From the NCBI GenBank assembly GCA_030537215.1, contig JAUNOF010000003.1, positions 2,610-66,609 of the forward strand: 64,000 nt of DNA. Reading direction: 5' to 3'. The position numbers were made by a program, and so were the translations under genes. Below are positions 50,372-61,100 of the stretch, in pieces; positions within the stretch are counted from its first letter, which is position 1, and each line of letters opens with the position of its first letter. The notes under the pieces were generated by a model, which did not search any database, was not told the origin of the DNA, and worked only from the letters and a program-made list of their open reading frames with translations. This stretch comes from Lachnospiraceae bacterium (GTDB taxonomy: Bacteria; Bacillota; Clostridia; Lachnospirales; Lachnospiraceae).

Positions 50372-51439
50372 ATGAAAAGATTAAAACGTGTGAAATGGTT
50401 CAAGGATGTATTTACGGCAGCGGCCATTCTGTCTTTGACAGCTTCCTTCCAGTCTTATGCTGTGGTTCGGATTAATCAGGTAAAAGTAAAATTTATTTTG
50501 GAAAATTTTGATTTCAGCGGGCTGCCGCAGATCGAAGCCACCGTAAAGGATTCGGCGCATTATCAGGTGGCTTTTTGTGAAAGAGCAGAAGTGTACTATG
50601 AACAGGAAAATGATGATCCCTTTGAAGAGCATTCAGATTTTGCCGGGGTGTATGTTGTGGAACTGACAACAGATGACGGATATCAGTTCCGTTTCTATTC
50701 CTCAGATCAGGAAAAAATACGTCTTTCCGGTATGGGCGCCGTCCTGATCAAGGCAAAGCAGGAAGATAACGGGCATACACTCCGGTTAGATGTTCGGTTG
50801 GAGGATTTCGATGCATATGCAGGCCAGATTCCATATGCCGATTGGAGCGGCTGCAGGGGTAAATGGAGCGAAAGCCAATATGCGGTCGGCTACCGGCTCC
50901 GGCTTTCTGACCCGAAAGGAAAATATTATTATGCAGAAACAGCAGGCACCACTTATGATTTTGCCCCATTGATGCTTGCTGCCGGGACATACCGGTATGA
51001 TGTCAGGGCGATTTCAAAAAATGACGTAGCTGGCCAATGGACCAGCGGCGGAGCCTGTACGATTACAGAGGAAATTGCCGCAGAAAACCGTGCAGCTTAT
51101 CAAGTGGAGTCCATTAACTGCATCATTGACAGCAGCAAGGCTCATACGCCGGATAACAACCGCGTTGAATATTTAAATACTGGCTGGCAGGAAACGCCGG
51201 AAGGGGAGTATTGGTACCGGAATTGCGACGGAACCTATCCGCAGAATGTCTGGAAGCAGATCGATGGCAGTTGGTATTACTTTGGGGAAAACGGATATAT
51301 GGCACATGATACCTACATAACCTGGAAGCGTGAAGATTTTTACATGTCCTCCGATGGTCATATGCTGACGGATGATTATGCCCCGGACGGCCGGCGGGCG
51401 GATCAAACAGGGACGCTGATGAAGGAGGATGCAAAATGA
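50372..51439 (+). CDS. Secreted protein with FN3-like domain and C-terminal cell-wall (choline-binding type) repeats
   Basis: Signal peptide ending SYA; GTYRYDVRAI; GWQE..YWYR..WKQIDGSWYYFGENGYM. Confidence 0.75.
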   Translation: MKRLKRVKWFKDVFTAAAILSLTASFQSYAVVRINQVKVKFILENFDFSGLPQIEATVKDSAHYQVAFCERAEVYYEQENDDPFEEHSDFAGVYVVELTTDDGYQFRFYSSDQEKIRLSGMGAVLIKAKQEDNGHTLRLDVRLEDFDAYAGQIPYADWSGCRGKWSESQYAVGYRLRLSDPKGKYYYAETAGTTYDFAPLMLAAGTYRYDVRAISKNDVAGQWTSGGACTITEEIAAENRAAYQVESINCIIDSSKAHTPDNNRVEYLNTGWQETPEGEYWYRNCDGTYPQNVWKQIDGSWYYFGENGYMAHDTYITWKREDFYMSSDGHMLTDDYAPDGRRADQTGTLMKEDAK

Positions 51440-52014
51440 AGGGCACTCCGGGAATTTGTAAAATTTATGAGAAATGTCTTTGGTTCATTACAATTCTGGC
51501 AATGCTTGCAGCGGCAGTTGTAACGGTTCCCAAGCTTGCAGGAATTTGGCCGTACATGATTCTATCTTCCTCCATGGAGCCAACGATCCCTACAGGAAGC
51601 CTTGTGTTTGTCAATACAAAGGACAAGCAGGCAGCCAATGGTGATATTGTTACGTTTTCCATGACCAACGGAAAAGATGAGATTACGGTCACCCATCGCA
51701 TCGTGGAAACTACCGATGAGGGATTTATAACGAAGGGGGATAACAATGATGTGAACGATCTGAAGCCTCTGACCGCAGACCGGATTGTTGGAACCTATGC
51801 GGCAAGTGTTCCCTATGCAGGATACATCATGTCAAAAATCACAAAAAAGGGGTTGGTTGTGGCGATCGGCTGGCTGTTTGGCGCGCACCTGTTTGGATTT
51901 GTGCTGGAATCAATCACAGAAGACAGCGAGACAAAAGATAGCAGCCCAAAACATATAAAGGATCAGAAGCAAACGAATCAAATCAGCCCGAAATCCAATA
52001 TGGATTCAAAATAA
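51436..52014 (+). CDS. sipW: Signal peptidase I, SipW (ER/archaeal) type
   Basis: SSSMEPTI (catalytic Ser), VTHRIV (His), FITKGDNN..D; TM at both ends. Confidence 0.88.
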   Translation: MKGTPGICKIYEKCLWFITILAMLAAAVVTVPKLAGIWPYMILSSSMEPTIPTGSLVFVNTKDKQAANGDIVTFSMTNGKDEITVTHRIVETTDEGFITKGDNNDVNDLKPLTADRIVGTYAASVPYAGYIMSKITKKGLVVAIGWLFGAHLFGFVLESITEDSETKDSSPKHIKDQKQTNQISPKSNMDSK

Positions 52015-52086
52015 ACAATACATTTGAAAAAAAGAGGAAAGGAGAGACAGATCGAACATTCGGGATGAAATCTGTCAAAAAGCAAC

Positions 52087-52974
52087 ATGAAAAAGAGAAA
52101 CAAGAAGCTGGCAGCAATGGCAGCATGTGGGATGATCGCTGTGGTAAGCGCAGGAGCATCTGCCGCATATCTGACAGACGGCGAGACGACTACCAATACG
52201 TTCACCGTTGGTAAAGTTACCATTGATCTTTCTGAGCCAAACTACACACCGGAGGATGACGTTCCCCGGGTGCCGAATCAGGAAATCCAGAAGGATCCCA
52301 CTGTTGCCAACACCGGGAACAATGACGAGATCGTATTTGTAAGCTTTGATATTCCTATGGCTGAAGTAAGGCTTGCAGGCCATGACGGCACGGTACAGGA
52401 ACAGCCGTCCAATCAGGAATTATTTGATTTCCGCGCAGGCTCCGGTAAGTATTCTTCTGTTAATGATGGCTGGGTGCAGATCGGCAATGCCGTTGAAGTT
52501 GATGAAGATAATGATGGTACTTCCGATTATATGACCTATGTGTATGGCTATAACAAGATAGTAAAGGCAGCGGTAGAAGCAAAAGCGGCTGTGGGCAATC
52601 CGGGAGAGGATGGTTATGTTGCGGCAGTGGAAGCGGCAGATGCCACGGTAGTGCCGTCTGTGTTTGACTATATCCGATTGGCAAACATTGTAGAGGGTCA
52701 GCTGGAGGGAGAAAAGCTGAAGGTTCCGGTAAGGGCATATGCGATTCAGTCTGATTTCCTGCAGAACTCAGATAACAGCGAGCTAAATGACAATATCCAG
52801 GTCGGCGATGACATGACAGAAGCTACCTTGTCCCAGATCTTTGACATTTACAAGACCCAGAACAGCACAGAAGGCGCTAACGGCGCCCTGGCAGCATGGA
52901 CGGGCATTAGCAGCATGGATGCAAAGCAGGCAGGCGCAGGCAATGTATTGGATCTGATCGGAGAGGAGCACTAA
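52087..52974 (+). CDS. SipW-class signal peptide protein, TasA/camelysin-like, probable major fibre subunit
   Basis: GASA/AYLTD..TNTFTVGKVTIDLSEP, KDPTVANTG, VRAYAIQS; acidic. Confidence 0.75.
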   Translation: MKKRNKKLAAMAACGMIAVVSAGASAAYLTDGETTTNTFTVGKVTIDLSEPNYTPEDDVPRVPNQEIQKDPTVANTGNNDEIVFVSFDIPMAEVRLAGHDGTVQEQPSNQELFDFRAGSGKYSSVNDGWVQIGNAVEVDEDNDGTSDYMTYVYGYNKIVKAAVEAKAAVGNPGEDGYVAAVEAADATVVPSVFDYIRLANIVEGQLEGEKLKVPVRAYAIQSDFLQNSDNSELNDNIQVGDDMTEATLSQIFDIYKTQNSTEGANGALAAWTGISSMDAKQAGAGNVLDLIGEEH

Positions 52975-52998
52975 GTCAAAGGTTCTTATTATTGTAGT

Positions 52999-53023
52999 AA
53001 GGGCACAAAAATGTGCCCTTTTT
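52999..53023 (+). terminator. Intrinsic terminator after major subunit
   Basis: AAGGGCACA-AAAA-TGTGCCCTT followed by T-run. Confidence 0.72.
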
Positions 53024-53172
53024 CAAAGTAAACCTGTGGGTGCCCGGCAGGCAGACGCGCCACCGCACATGAAGGTTTTGGAGGGCGCACTTGCCTTCCT
53101 GAACTTAAGCCGCCTAATCGGCGGCAGAACTTTTATAATAACAAAAAAGTAACTGCCGGGAGGTAGCAGTGA

Positions 53173-54483
53173 ATGATAAAACGTATATTTGCAATGGCAT
53201 TAGGGGTAGGATTATGGGCGGTTTTTCCGTCTTTTGCGGCAATCTACCAGTTTTCTACAGAAGTAGACAACACCATCACCACCGGGGACATTTCCATAAC
53301 ACTTGATGAGTATGAATTAGACGATTACAATAACCTGATTCCGTACCGGGACGGAAAAGTTGTAATGCCTGGACAGATTGTGTCCAAAATTGTTCGAATC
53401 ACCAATGAATCAGAGCCGGCGTGGATCCGGGCGAAAGCAGAATTTATGAGTAAAGACGGCATTGACGGACTTGGCGTCAATATGCTGGATGTGGTCAATG
53501 GCTGGATTTACCGCAGCGGATACTATTACTATACACAGCCAGTTGATACTGGGAAGGATATTATTTTTTTCAGACAGGTTCAGGTTCCGTCTACGTGGGA
53601 TGTATCTTACTCGGAAAAAGGATTTTCTATCGATGTGACCGCACAGGCGGTTCAGGCTGTACAATTTGAACCGGATTTTGAATCAGATGATCCATGGTTT
53701 GGAATTCCCATTGAGACTTGTATCCACACAGATCACGAGCTTTATCAAGCCGGAAGAAATTCAGAATTTGCAGTTGTGTTTGAAAACGGCAGCGAAGGAT
53801 TCATTAAGATAGGAGATGATTTTTTTAAAGACTTTGGGGCCATGATGCCTGGAGAGACCATGGAGGATTCCTTCATACTGGGAAATCAGTTTTTCCAAAC
53901 CATAGGAATTGGCTTCAGGACGGAGATTCCGGATGGACAGTCAGCAGAAGCCCTCAAGCTGCTGTCGGATCTCATTCTCACCATAACGCGCGGGGATGAA
54001 ATTCTATATAGCGGACCGCTTCACGCAGATGCGCTGAAAGGGGGAATCATGCTTGCTCCGTCAATGAAAAAGGGAATGGAGCAGACGATCACTTACAGCA
54101 TTTACATGCCTGAAGAACTTCAGAATGCATCGGCCATGCAGCAGGCAAAGGTTCGCTGGATCTTCAGTACCGAATACACCAGGACATCCGGAGGCGGCGG
54201 GGGAGGAAGCCGGGACAGAGACCCCAATCCTCCCGACACAGAAAACCGTTCCAATGTCCCGGGTCCGGAAGCTGACTCAGCGTCAGAAACACCAGGCCCT
54301 GCAATTCAGGACATGATTTCAATTGCTGAAGCCATCAATCAGGCGATCCATAATACCCTCCCGAAAACTGGGGATGAGAGCATAAGAGTGGGTGTATTCC
54401 TGACAGCTATGTTTGCCAGCGGAAGCGGGATCCTTTTGCTGCGTTCACGTTCTCGAAAACATAAAGGGGGGCAGAAAGAATGA
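53173..54483 (+). CDS. TasA-like subunit with LPXTG sortase anchor
   Basis: DNTITTGDISITLDE, VMPGQIVSKIVRITN, AQAVQA; second MMPGE domain; LPKTG, hydrophobic stretch, RSRSRKHK tail. Confidence 0.75.
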   Translation: MIKRIFAMALGVGLWAVFPSFAAIYQFSTEVDNTITTGDISITLDEYELDDYNNLIPYRDGKVVMPGQIVSKIVRITNESEPAWIRAKAEFMSKDGIDGLGVNMLDVVNGWIYRSGYYYYTQPVDTGKDIIFFRQVQVPSTWDVSYSEKGFSIDVTAQAVQAVQFEPDFESDDPWFGIPIETCIHTDHELYQAGRNSEFAVVFENGSEGFIKIGDDFFKDFGAMMPGETMEDSFILGNQFFQTIGIGFRTEIPDGQSAEALKLLSDLILTITRGDEILYSGPLHADALKGGIMLAPSMKKGMEQTITYSIYMPEELQNASAMQQAKVRWIFSTEYTRTSGGGGGGSRDRDPNPPDTENRSNVPGPEADSASETPGPAIQDMISIAEAINQAIHNTLPKTGDESIRVGVFLTAMFASGSGILLLRSRSRKHKGGQKE

Positions 54484-55163
54484 AAGAAAAACGGCATCAC
54501 CGAAAACGCTTCCAGAACAGGCGGTTCCTGACCAGTGTAAAGAAGCTTACGCCTGTCGGAATCATTTTCATGACGGCTGCTGGCCTTGCCATGGCATACT
54601 TAACAGATCGAACACGGATCGTGAACCAGATTTCGGTAGGCAGCAATACCGTTTCCATCAAAGAAGAGTTTGAGCCGCCCAGAAAGCAGGAAACGGGCGA
54701 CAATATCTTCAAGAAAAAGATCCAGATTGAAAATACAGATAAAACAGATTCTTTTATTCGTGTATTTATGGAATTTTCCGATTCATCTATCAAGGATCTG
54801 GCACAGATAAGTCCGGATGGAAAGAACTGGTATCCTGCATCAGAATATATTTCTTCCGATTTTCAAAAGCTTCCGGAAAATTGGATCTATCTTTCAGAAG
54901 CGGAAGATCCTCTGCTGGGCGGTTACTACTATTATACCCTGCCTGTAAAGGCGAAGGAAACCACCGTTCCCCTTGCAGATCGCATTCTGGTAACGTATTC
55001 GGATGCATCCCAGATCCGGGATTTTGATATCCTGGTAACGGCTGATTCCATCCAGACTTATATCAATGAGGAGAATGAGGACGGATCTTTTACAGCAAAG
55101 GATGTTTCGGAGGAAGCAGGCAGCTGGAAAATGGCATGGACGGAGTATATGGAGAGGAGATGA
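54480..55163 (+). CDS. SipW-class signal peptide protein, probable minor subunit
   Basis: GLAMAYLTD..VNQISVGSNTVSIKEEF, FKKKIQIENT, GYYYYT, ADSIQ. Confidence 0.72.
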   Translation: MKEKRHHRKRFQNRRFLTSVKKLTPVGIIFMTAAGLAMAYLTDRTRIVNQISVGSNTVSIKEEFEPPRKQETGDNIFKKKIQIENTDKTDSFIRVFMEFSDSSIKDLAQISPDGKNWYPASEYISSDFQKLPENWIYLSEAEDPLLGGYYYYTLPVKAKETTVPLADRILVTYSDASQIRDFDILVTADSIQTYINEENEDGSFTAKDVSEEAGSWKMAWTEYMERR

Positions 55164-58100
55164 GTTTACGAATGCTTGAATATCTGAAAGACAAGTTATA
55201 CCGGACACGCCGGAAACTGTCATTTCTGCTTGCCGTGGTTATGGCTGCGGCGGGAATCCAATTCCCGACCTGGGCGGATGACGGCTATGATAATTATTTA
55301 GATGGCTGGAAGATTAACTGCGCATGGTCGACCTTGTCCAATGATTACAGGTGGGATGCCGAAAATGACAGCATGAAGCAGCCTAAAATTGTTGTTACCT
55401 ACCGTTTGGAAAATGCTGAACACGCTTATGAACCAGGAGAGATTCAGTTTGATATTCCTGGAATTGGAAATGCAAACCGTGCCAGTATTTTGAAGGCATC
55501 AGATCTGACCAGTGATGCCGAGGATTCGGAATGGGACTGTATTTGGGATCAGGACACAGACAGGTATACGTTTTCCAACAAATTTTCGGTTAAAACAGGG
55601 CAGTCTGTATCCGGCGGCTTCCAGATGCTGTGGAACATACAGGCCCGGGAGTCAGCAGACGGTTATCAGCAGGAAGCATCCCCTATATTCCGGGTGGCTG
55701 GAGCCGGGCAGATTGAAATGGAGCCTCTTTCTTACGAATTTTCTTCGGTTCGTGACCGCTATCGGATCGGTATGACGAAAGACAAACTGGCGGCAGCGGA
55801 TTATGAAGAAGCAAACCATGATTATATCTGGTATGAGATTGAAACACGATTTGATAAGGATTGGCTGGCAAGAGGTCTGTACCGTTCCGATTATTCCATT
55901 GCTGTGGAACTGCCGGAGGGGAAAGATTATTCGGATGTGAAGGTGAAAAGCAGCGGAAAAACATATCCTTTAGAAGAGATCATAACAGAATCCGGGGATA
56001 CAATATGGGGCTTTTATCCATTTAAAAATCGCTCTGGAAATCTCGGCTCTCGGTATTCTGCTTATTATAACCGGTTCCAGATCGGATTCTTAAAGGAACA
56101 TTTCATGGATGAAGAAGCGGAAGAATACCGGACGGTAACGATTCATGGCCATCTGGACCGCCTTTACAATGATGAGGTAAACTGGACAACGGAGGCTGGA
56201 GAAAATGAAAAGGTTGATGATAAGATAAGCTTTACTGTTGCAGACTATTCTTTTAATCATGCTGGATATATCTATGACCACAGCAAGCGGAACTCCTCTT
56301 ATGAGAATTCTTACGATCATTCAGCTCCTGGAAGCTATTCAAACCGATTGAACGCAGTTAATATCTATAACGGTAAGATCGTACAGTTTATTTTGCGGGG
56401 AAACGCAAATCGGAATTATGCGTCTGCACGCAGATCTCCTGTCCTGACAGCATCGGCAAAGCTTGCATCGGATTCCAATGCGTCTTCAATATCAAGTACA
56501 AGATCATTTCTCGCAACCGAGTCAAATGCGGCAAAGGCAGAAGATATCCCTATGCCAGATACCATTTTTGATTGGAACGATGTCCATTGGCAGGAACATG
56601 GTTTAGGAGAATCCCAGCTGGAATATGCAGGCTTTGACGGGATAACTTATGGAGAAATCCACCCAAAACTGGCATCGGATTCCGATGCTTCCCATGATCC
56701 TGGTGATTCGGATGAAGAACCGTATGTTCCGGATATGACGATTTTCGGCGTGATTAAGAGCGGGCTGTCAAAGATTGGAAGGACTTTTTTCCCTTTGGAA
56801 GCATTTGGGGCGGCAACCAGCAGCAATGCAAACACAATCGCCGCTGCTCAGTCTGCCAATAACCCTGCCCGTGTCAGGGGAAATACCACCGGTATCAGCC
56901 AGATCGGCGTAAACGGCAATGCAGATACCTACAGCCTTGTAATGGGCGATGATAAGCTGGCCATTTTCCTGACAGATGGTTCTGTGCGGAACCTGGAGGA
57001 TGAGGAGTATGACATTGCCTATGTCACTATACCATCGGATTCTAAGGGATATGATTATGAGGTTTACGGAGCAGAAACACAGGATACCCCGTTTGCTTCC
57101 TATGTGTACTATGGAAACGGCAATACCTTGAAGCAGAGCACAATCCAGCTCCCGGCAGGGATCAAGGCAGTATTTGTCCAGGTCAATAACATTACTGGAA
57201 GCTATTATTATACAGCATATGTGGGCATCCGCCTGCATCTTGACTGGGAAGCGGAGCAGCAGAAGGCAGCGGACGGAGAACCTGTTCCAGATCATGAGAA
57301 TCATCTGGTAAACTTTTCTTATTTGCGTTCTCTGTACGTTGATGCAGATGGCTATGAGGTTAATGACTGTGCTCAGGAGATCGAAAATTATGCTGGGACG
57401 TATGGTCGAGAGTTAGCGGAACGGGATCAGGAAATCTATGAGGAGTACATGCTGAGAGGATATTCCAATGTCTGGTTGAGAAGCCCTATTACCAAGCTGA
57501 TTTCCCGTACATCACTGGCAGAGTTTGCCGGAAGCAATAAAGGAGGCTTTTCCTCAACGGCAGTTTCCAGCGGCAGCATCAAAGCGGATGATTCTGGTCC
57601 GCTGAAACGGTTTTCCCTCTATGCGGTGATCCCGGATGGATTGGAACTTAATCTGGATTCTGACAGAATCCGTCTGACTGGAAGCGGTACCTATTATTCT
57701 GGTGAGATTGTATCCAATGATGATTTTGAAAATCATGTGAGTTATTCCATTGGAGAATACAATGGAATGACCATGCTGACAGCAGATTTTGATTTTTCTG
57801 ATACTCCGCTGGAGATCAGCAAGCCGACAGATATTTCCATAGTCTACGGGATGACATTAAAATATGCAGATTTTATTGCTTTGGGAAATTATTATACGGT
57901 AAATTCGTATCTGATGACACACGATGACGGATTGGACAAGATCTCTGGAACTGCTGTTATGGCAGATGAATATGATATTGATGGAAACGGCGTGACCACC
58001 GAAAAGCTGGCATATTCTGGGGCATCCAGAACCGTACTGGATTCTGCGGTGGAATGGCGGGAGTATGTATCCAAGTATGTAAAATCCGCGTATTCCAATG

Positions 58101-61100
58101 GCTATGAAACAGAAACAGTAACACGGCTTTCCAATAAATCCGATCAGGATGCAGAAAAAGAGAAATCTTTGTATTCCTACCGGCTTGATTTTGGCCTGGG
58201 TTCGGATAATGCGAAAAACATTGACTTTTTCGACCGGATCGAACAAGGTGCCTGCATTGCCTTAAATGAAGAAAAACCGGATGAATATACTGAAATTCCA
58301 TCAGAATGGCAGGGAAGCTTCTTGTCTGTAGATACCTCTTACGCGGAACGGATGAAGCTGATCCCTACAGTTTCCTACAGCACAGATCCGGAGCAGCAAC
58401 TAGATGCCAAAGCAGATGGATGGAGCACAGAGCTTCCGGCAGATCCAGGAGAGGTGAAATCCATTTGGATTCATCTGGATACCTCCAATTTGGAAGACGG
58501 CCTGATGAAAACCCGCCAGATGACGTATGTAACGGTAAATATGCAGGCGCCATCTGACCAGAATCTGGTTGAGAAAAGGGCAGTTAACCAATATTACGTA
58601 CAGTTTGACGCCTACGGCATTGGATCGGCGGATGATTTTGAGGCACGGTATGAACTGCCATCGGCGGAAACCTATGTAAAGCTTTTAGATACGGTTGGAA
58701 AAATCACTCTGCAGAAGGTTGACGCGAATAACCGGACTGGCACAGACAAAGACGGCCGCGAAAAATATGCAGTGATTACAGGCGCAAGATTCCAGGTCTA
58801 TGATCAAGCTGGTAATGCGATGTTTGGCGAGGAAGGGCAGGAAGTCAATGCTCTGGGACAGATCGTTCTTGCCAATATCCCGTATGGCGTTTACCAGTGG
58901 GAAGAATTGGAGGCCCCTGACGGATATGAGAAGATTGAAGGCCGTCATGACGTTACCGTTGACGGTGTTATTGAAATAATAAGCATTCCCAACCACCGGA
59001 TCCCTGGAGAGGTGATATTGACCAAATACGACCGGGATGACAGCAGTGTAAGCCCACTTTCCGGCGCCGAATTTGAGCTTTTCAAAGAAAACGGTGATCC
59101 GGTATTCCTGGATGAGAACGGAACGGTTTCAGAAAATGGAAAGGAGAGCAAGGCTGTAACTGACACAGACGGTACGATCCGGATCACAGGTCTCCCGTGG
59201 GGAAATTATCAATTTATTGAAACAAAGGCGCCGGATGGATATGAACTTAACGAAGAACCGGTAAACTTTACGGTGGGAAAGGACCAATTTGTAGCCGGTG
59301 ATGGAGCGGAGCCAGGAAAGGTGACGGTTTCCATAAGTGCATACGACAGTGAATCACCGGCGTCTATCCGGCTGATCAAGAAGGATTCATCCGATGGGCA
59401 GGCTGTTAAGGATGCTGTTTTCAGTCTGTACCAAAAAGCAAAGAGTGATGAAACAACAATAAATGAGGATAAATTGATTCAAAGCGGATTAAAGACAAAT
59501 GCGGCCGGAGAATTACAAGTTGATAACCTGATTTTCGGTGAGTATTATTTTGTGGAAACCAGGAATCCAAAGGGATATTTGATGCCGTCAGACGAAGCTG
59601 CTGTTACGGATTCCGTTGTCCTCGATGTGTCAACTGCAGGCCAGGTACTGGAAATTGTTCATACGAATGACCGGATGAAAGGCGAGGCAGTCCTTACAAA
59701 ATTTGATGATGCAGGCCAACTGGTTGCGGGAGCCGAGTACATTTTGATGCATAAAGCAGCCGCTTCAACGGAATATGCTGCATTGGAACCTGTATATACC
59801 ACAGATGCTGCTGGCGAGATCAAGGTATCGGATCTTGACTGGGGGGACTATTATTTTATTGAGAGAAAGGCTCCGAAAGGATATGAGCTTTCAGACCAGC
59901 ATATCCCCTTTACTTTGGATCAGAAGACCGTTCAGTCCACCGTATATGTTGAAACAGTGGATCAGAGGCTGAAGGGCAGCGTTAAACTGCTTAAAGTGGA
60001 TGCAGATGATAAGGCAAAGACATTGGCTGGCGCTACATATGAATTGTACCGTACTGACGGCACAAAATGTATCCCTGGTACGGATTATACCCTGCCGGAT
60101 GGAGCAGACCAGATCGTGACTGGTGCAGATGGGACGATCACCATTACCGATATTGCCCAGGGAGGTTATTATCTCATGGAATCAGCAGCCCCTGAATCCT
60201 ACAGCCTGTCGGATGAAAAGATCCGGTTTTCTGTTACAAAGGAAAATGCAGATGTGGTCCAGGAACTTACCGCCGAGGATGTCAGAAACAAAGCATCCCT
60301 TAGAATTAATAAGGTAATCAATGAGGCATATGCCCCTTTCGGTGATCCTACCTTTCTCTTCCGGATTGAGAAAAAAGACAAGGATACCGGTGCGGCGACG
60401 CAGACTTACTATAGAACCATAACCTTATCTCAAAATCAGCTGGAGGGATCGGTAAGTTTTACAGTAGACCAGGGATTTGATTATAAGATTGCAGAGCTGA
60501 ATTCCAGCCGCTACAAGCTGGCAGCAGTTACAGCAGACACGGATAATGTAACAATCGAAGACGTAACGGCCACGGCAGATCTTCTGAATTCCAATTATGC
60601 GGAAGTCACCTTTGAAAACGAAATCAGCCAGTATGAGAAGCTGTCTCACACAATCAGTGCAACGAATATTGTAAAAACCGGTGCAAAGCTGACGGGAATT
60701 CGTGTGGAATACCATGGACCGGATCCCATTGATGAGAACACAGACGGATATAATGCAGAAGAACGTACTTATATGATCCAGACATCCGATTTAACCGTAT
60801 TAGCTTTGTATGATGACGGAACAAGTTTCGAGGTACCCGAAGGCAGTTATACGCTGGCTGATCCGGTTGCAGATGGAAGTTCCAACAGCTATACAGGCAG
60901 GGTTATTTATAAAGAAGCTGGCATTGAAAAAAAAGGAACCTTTAGTGTCAGCGTAACGCTTCCAGAACCCTTGAAACGTTACTGGGTTATTATGGAACTG
61001 GATGGCGGCACGATCGTAAAAGACGGGGATGTTACCATGACGGCAGTGGAGCTCTGGGAGCGTCAGGTGAAGGAAGGCAGCATGATTACAAAGCCTTCCA

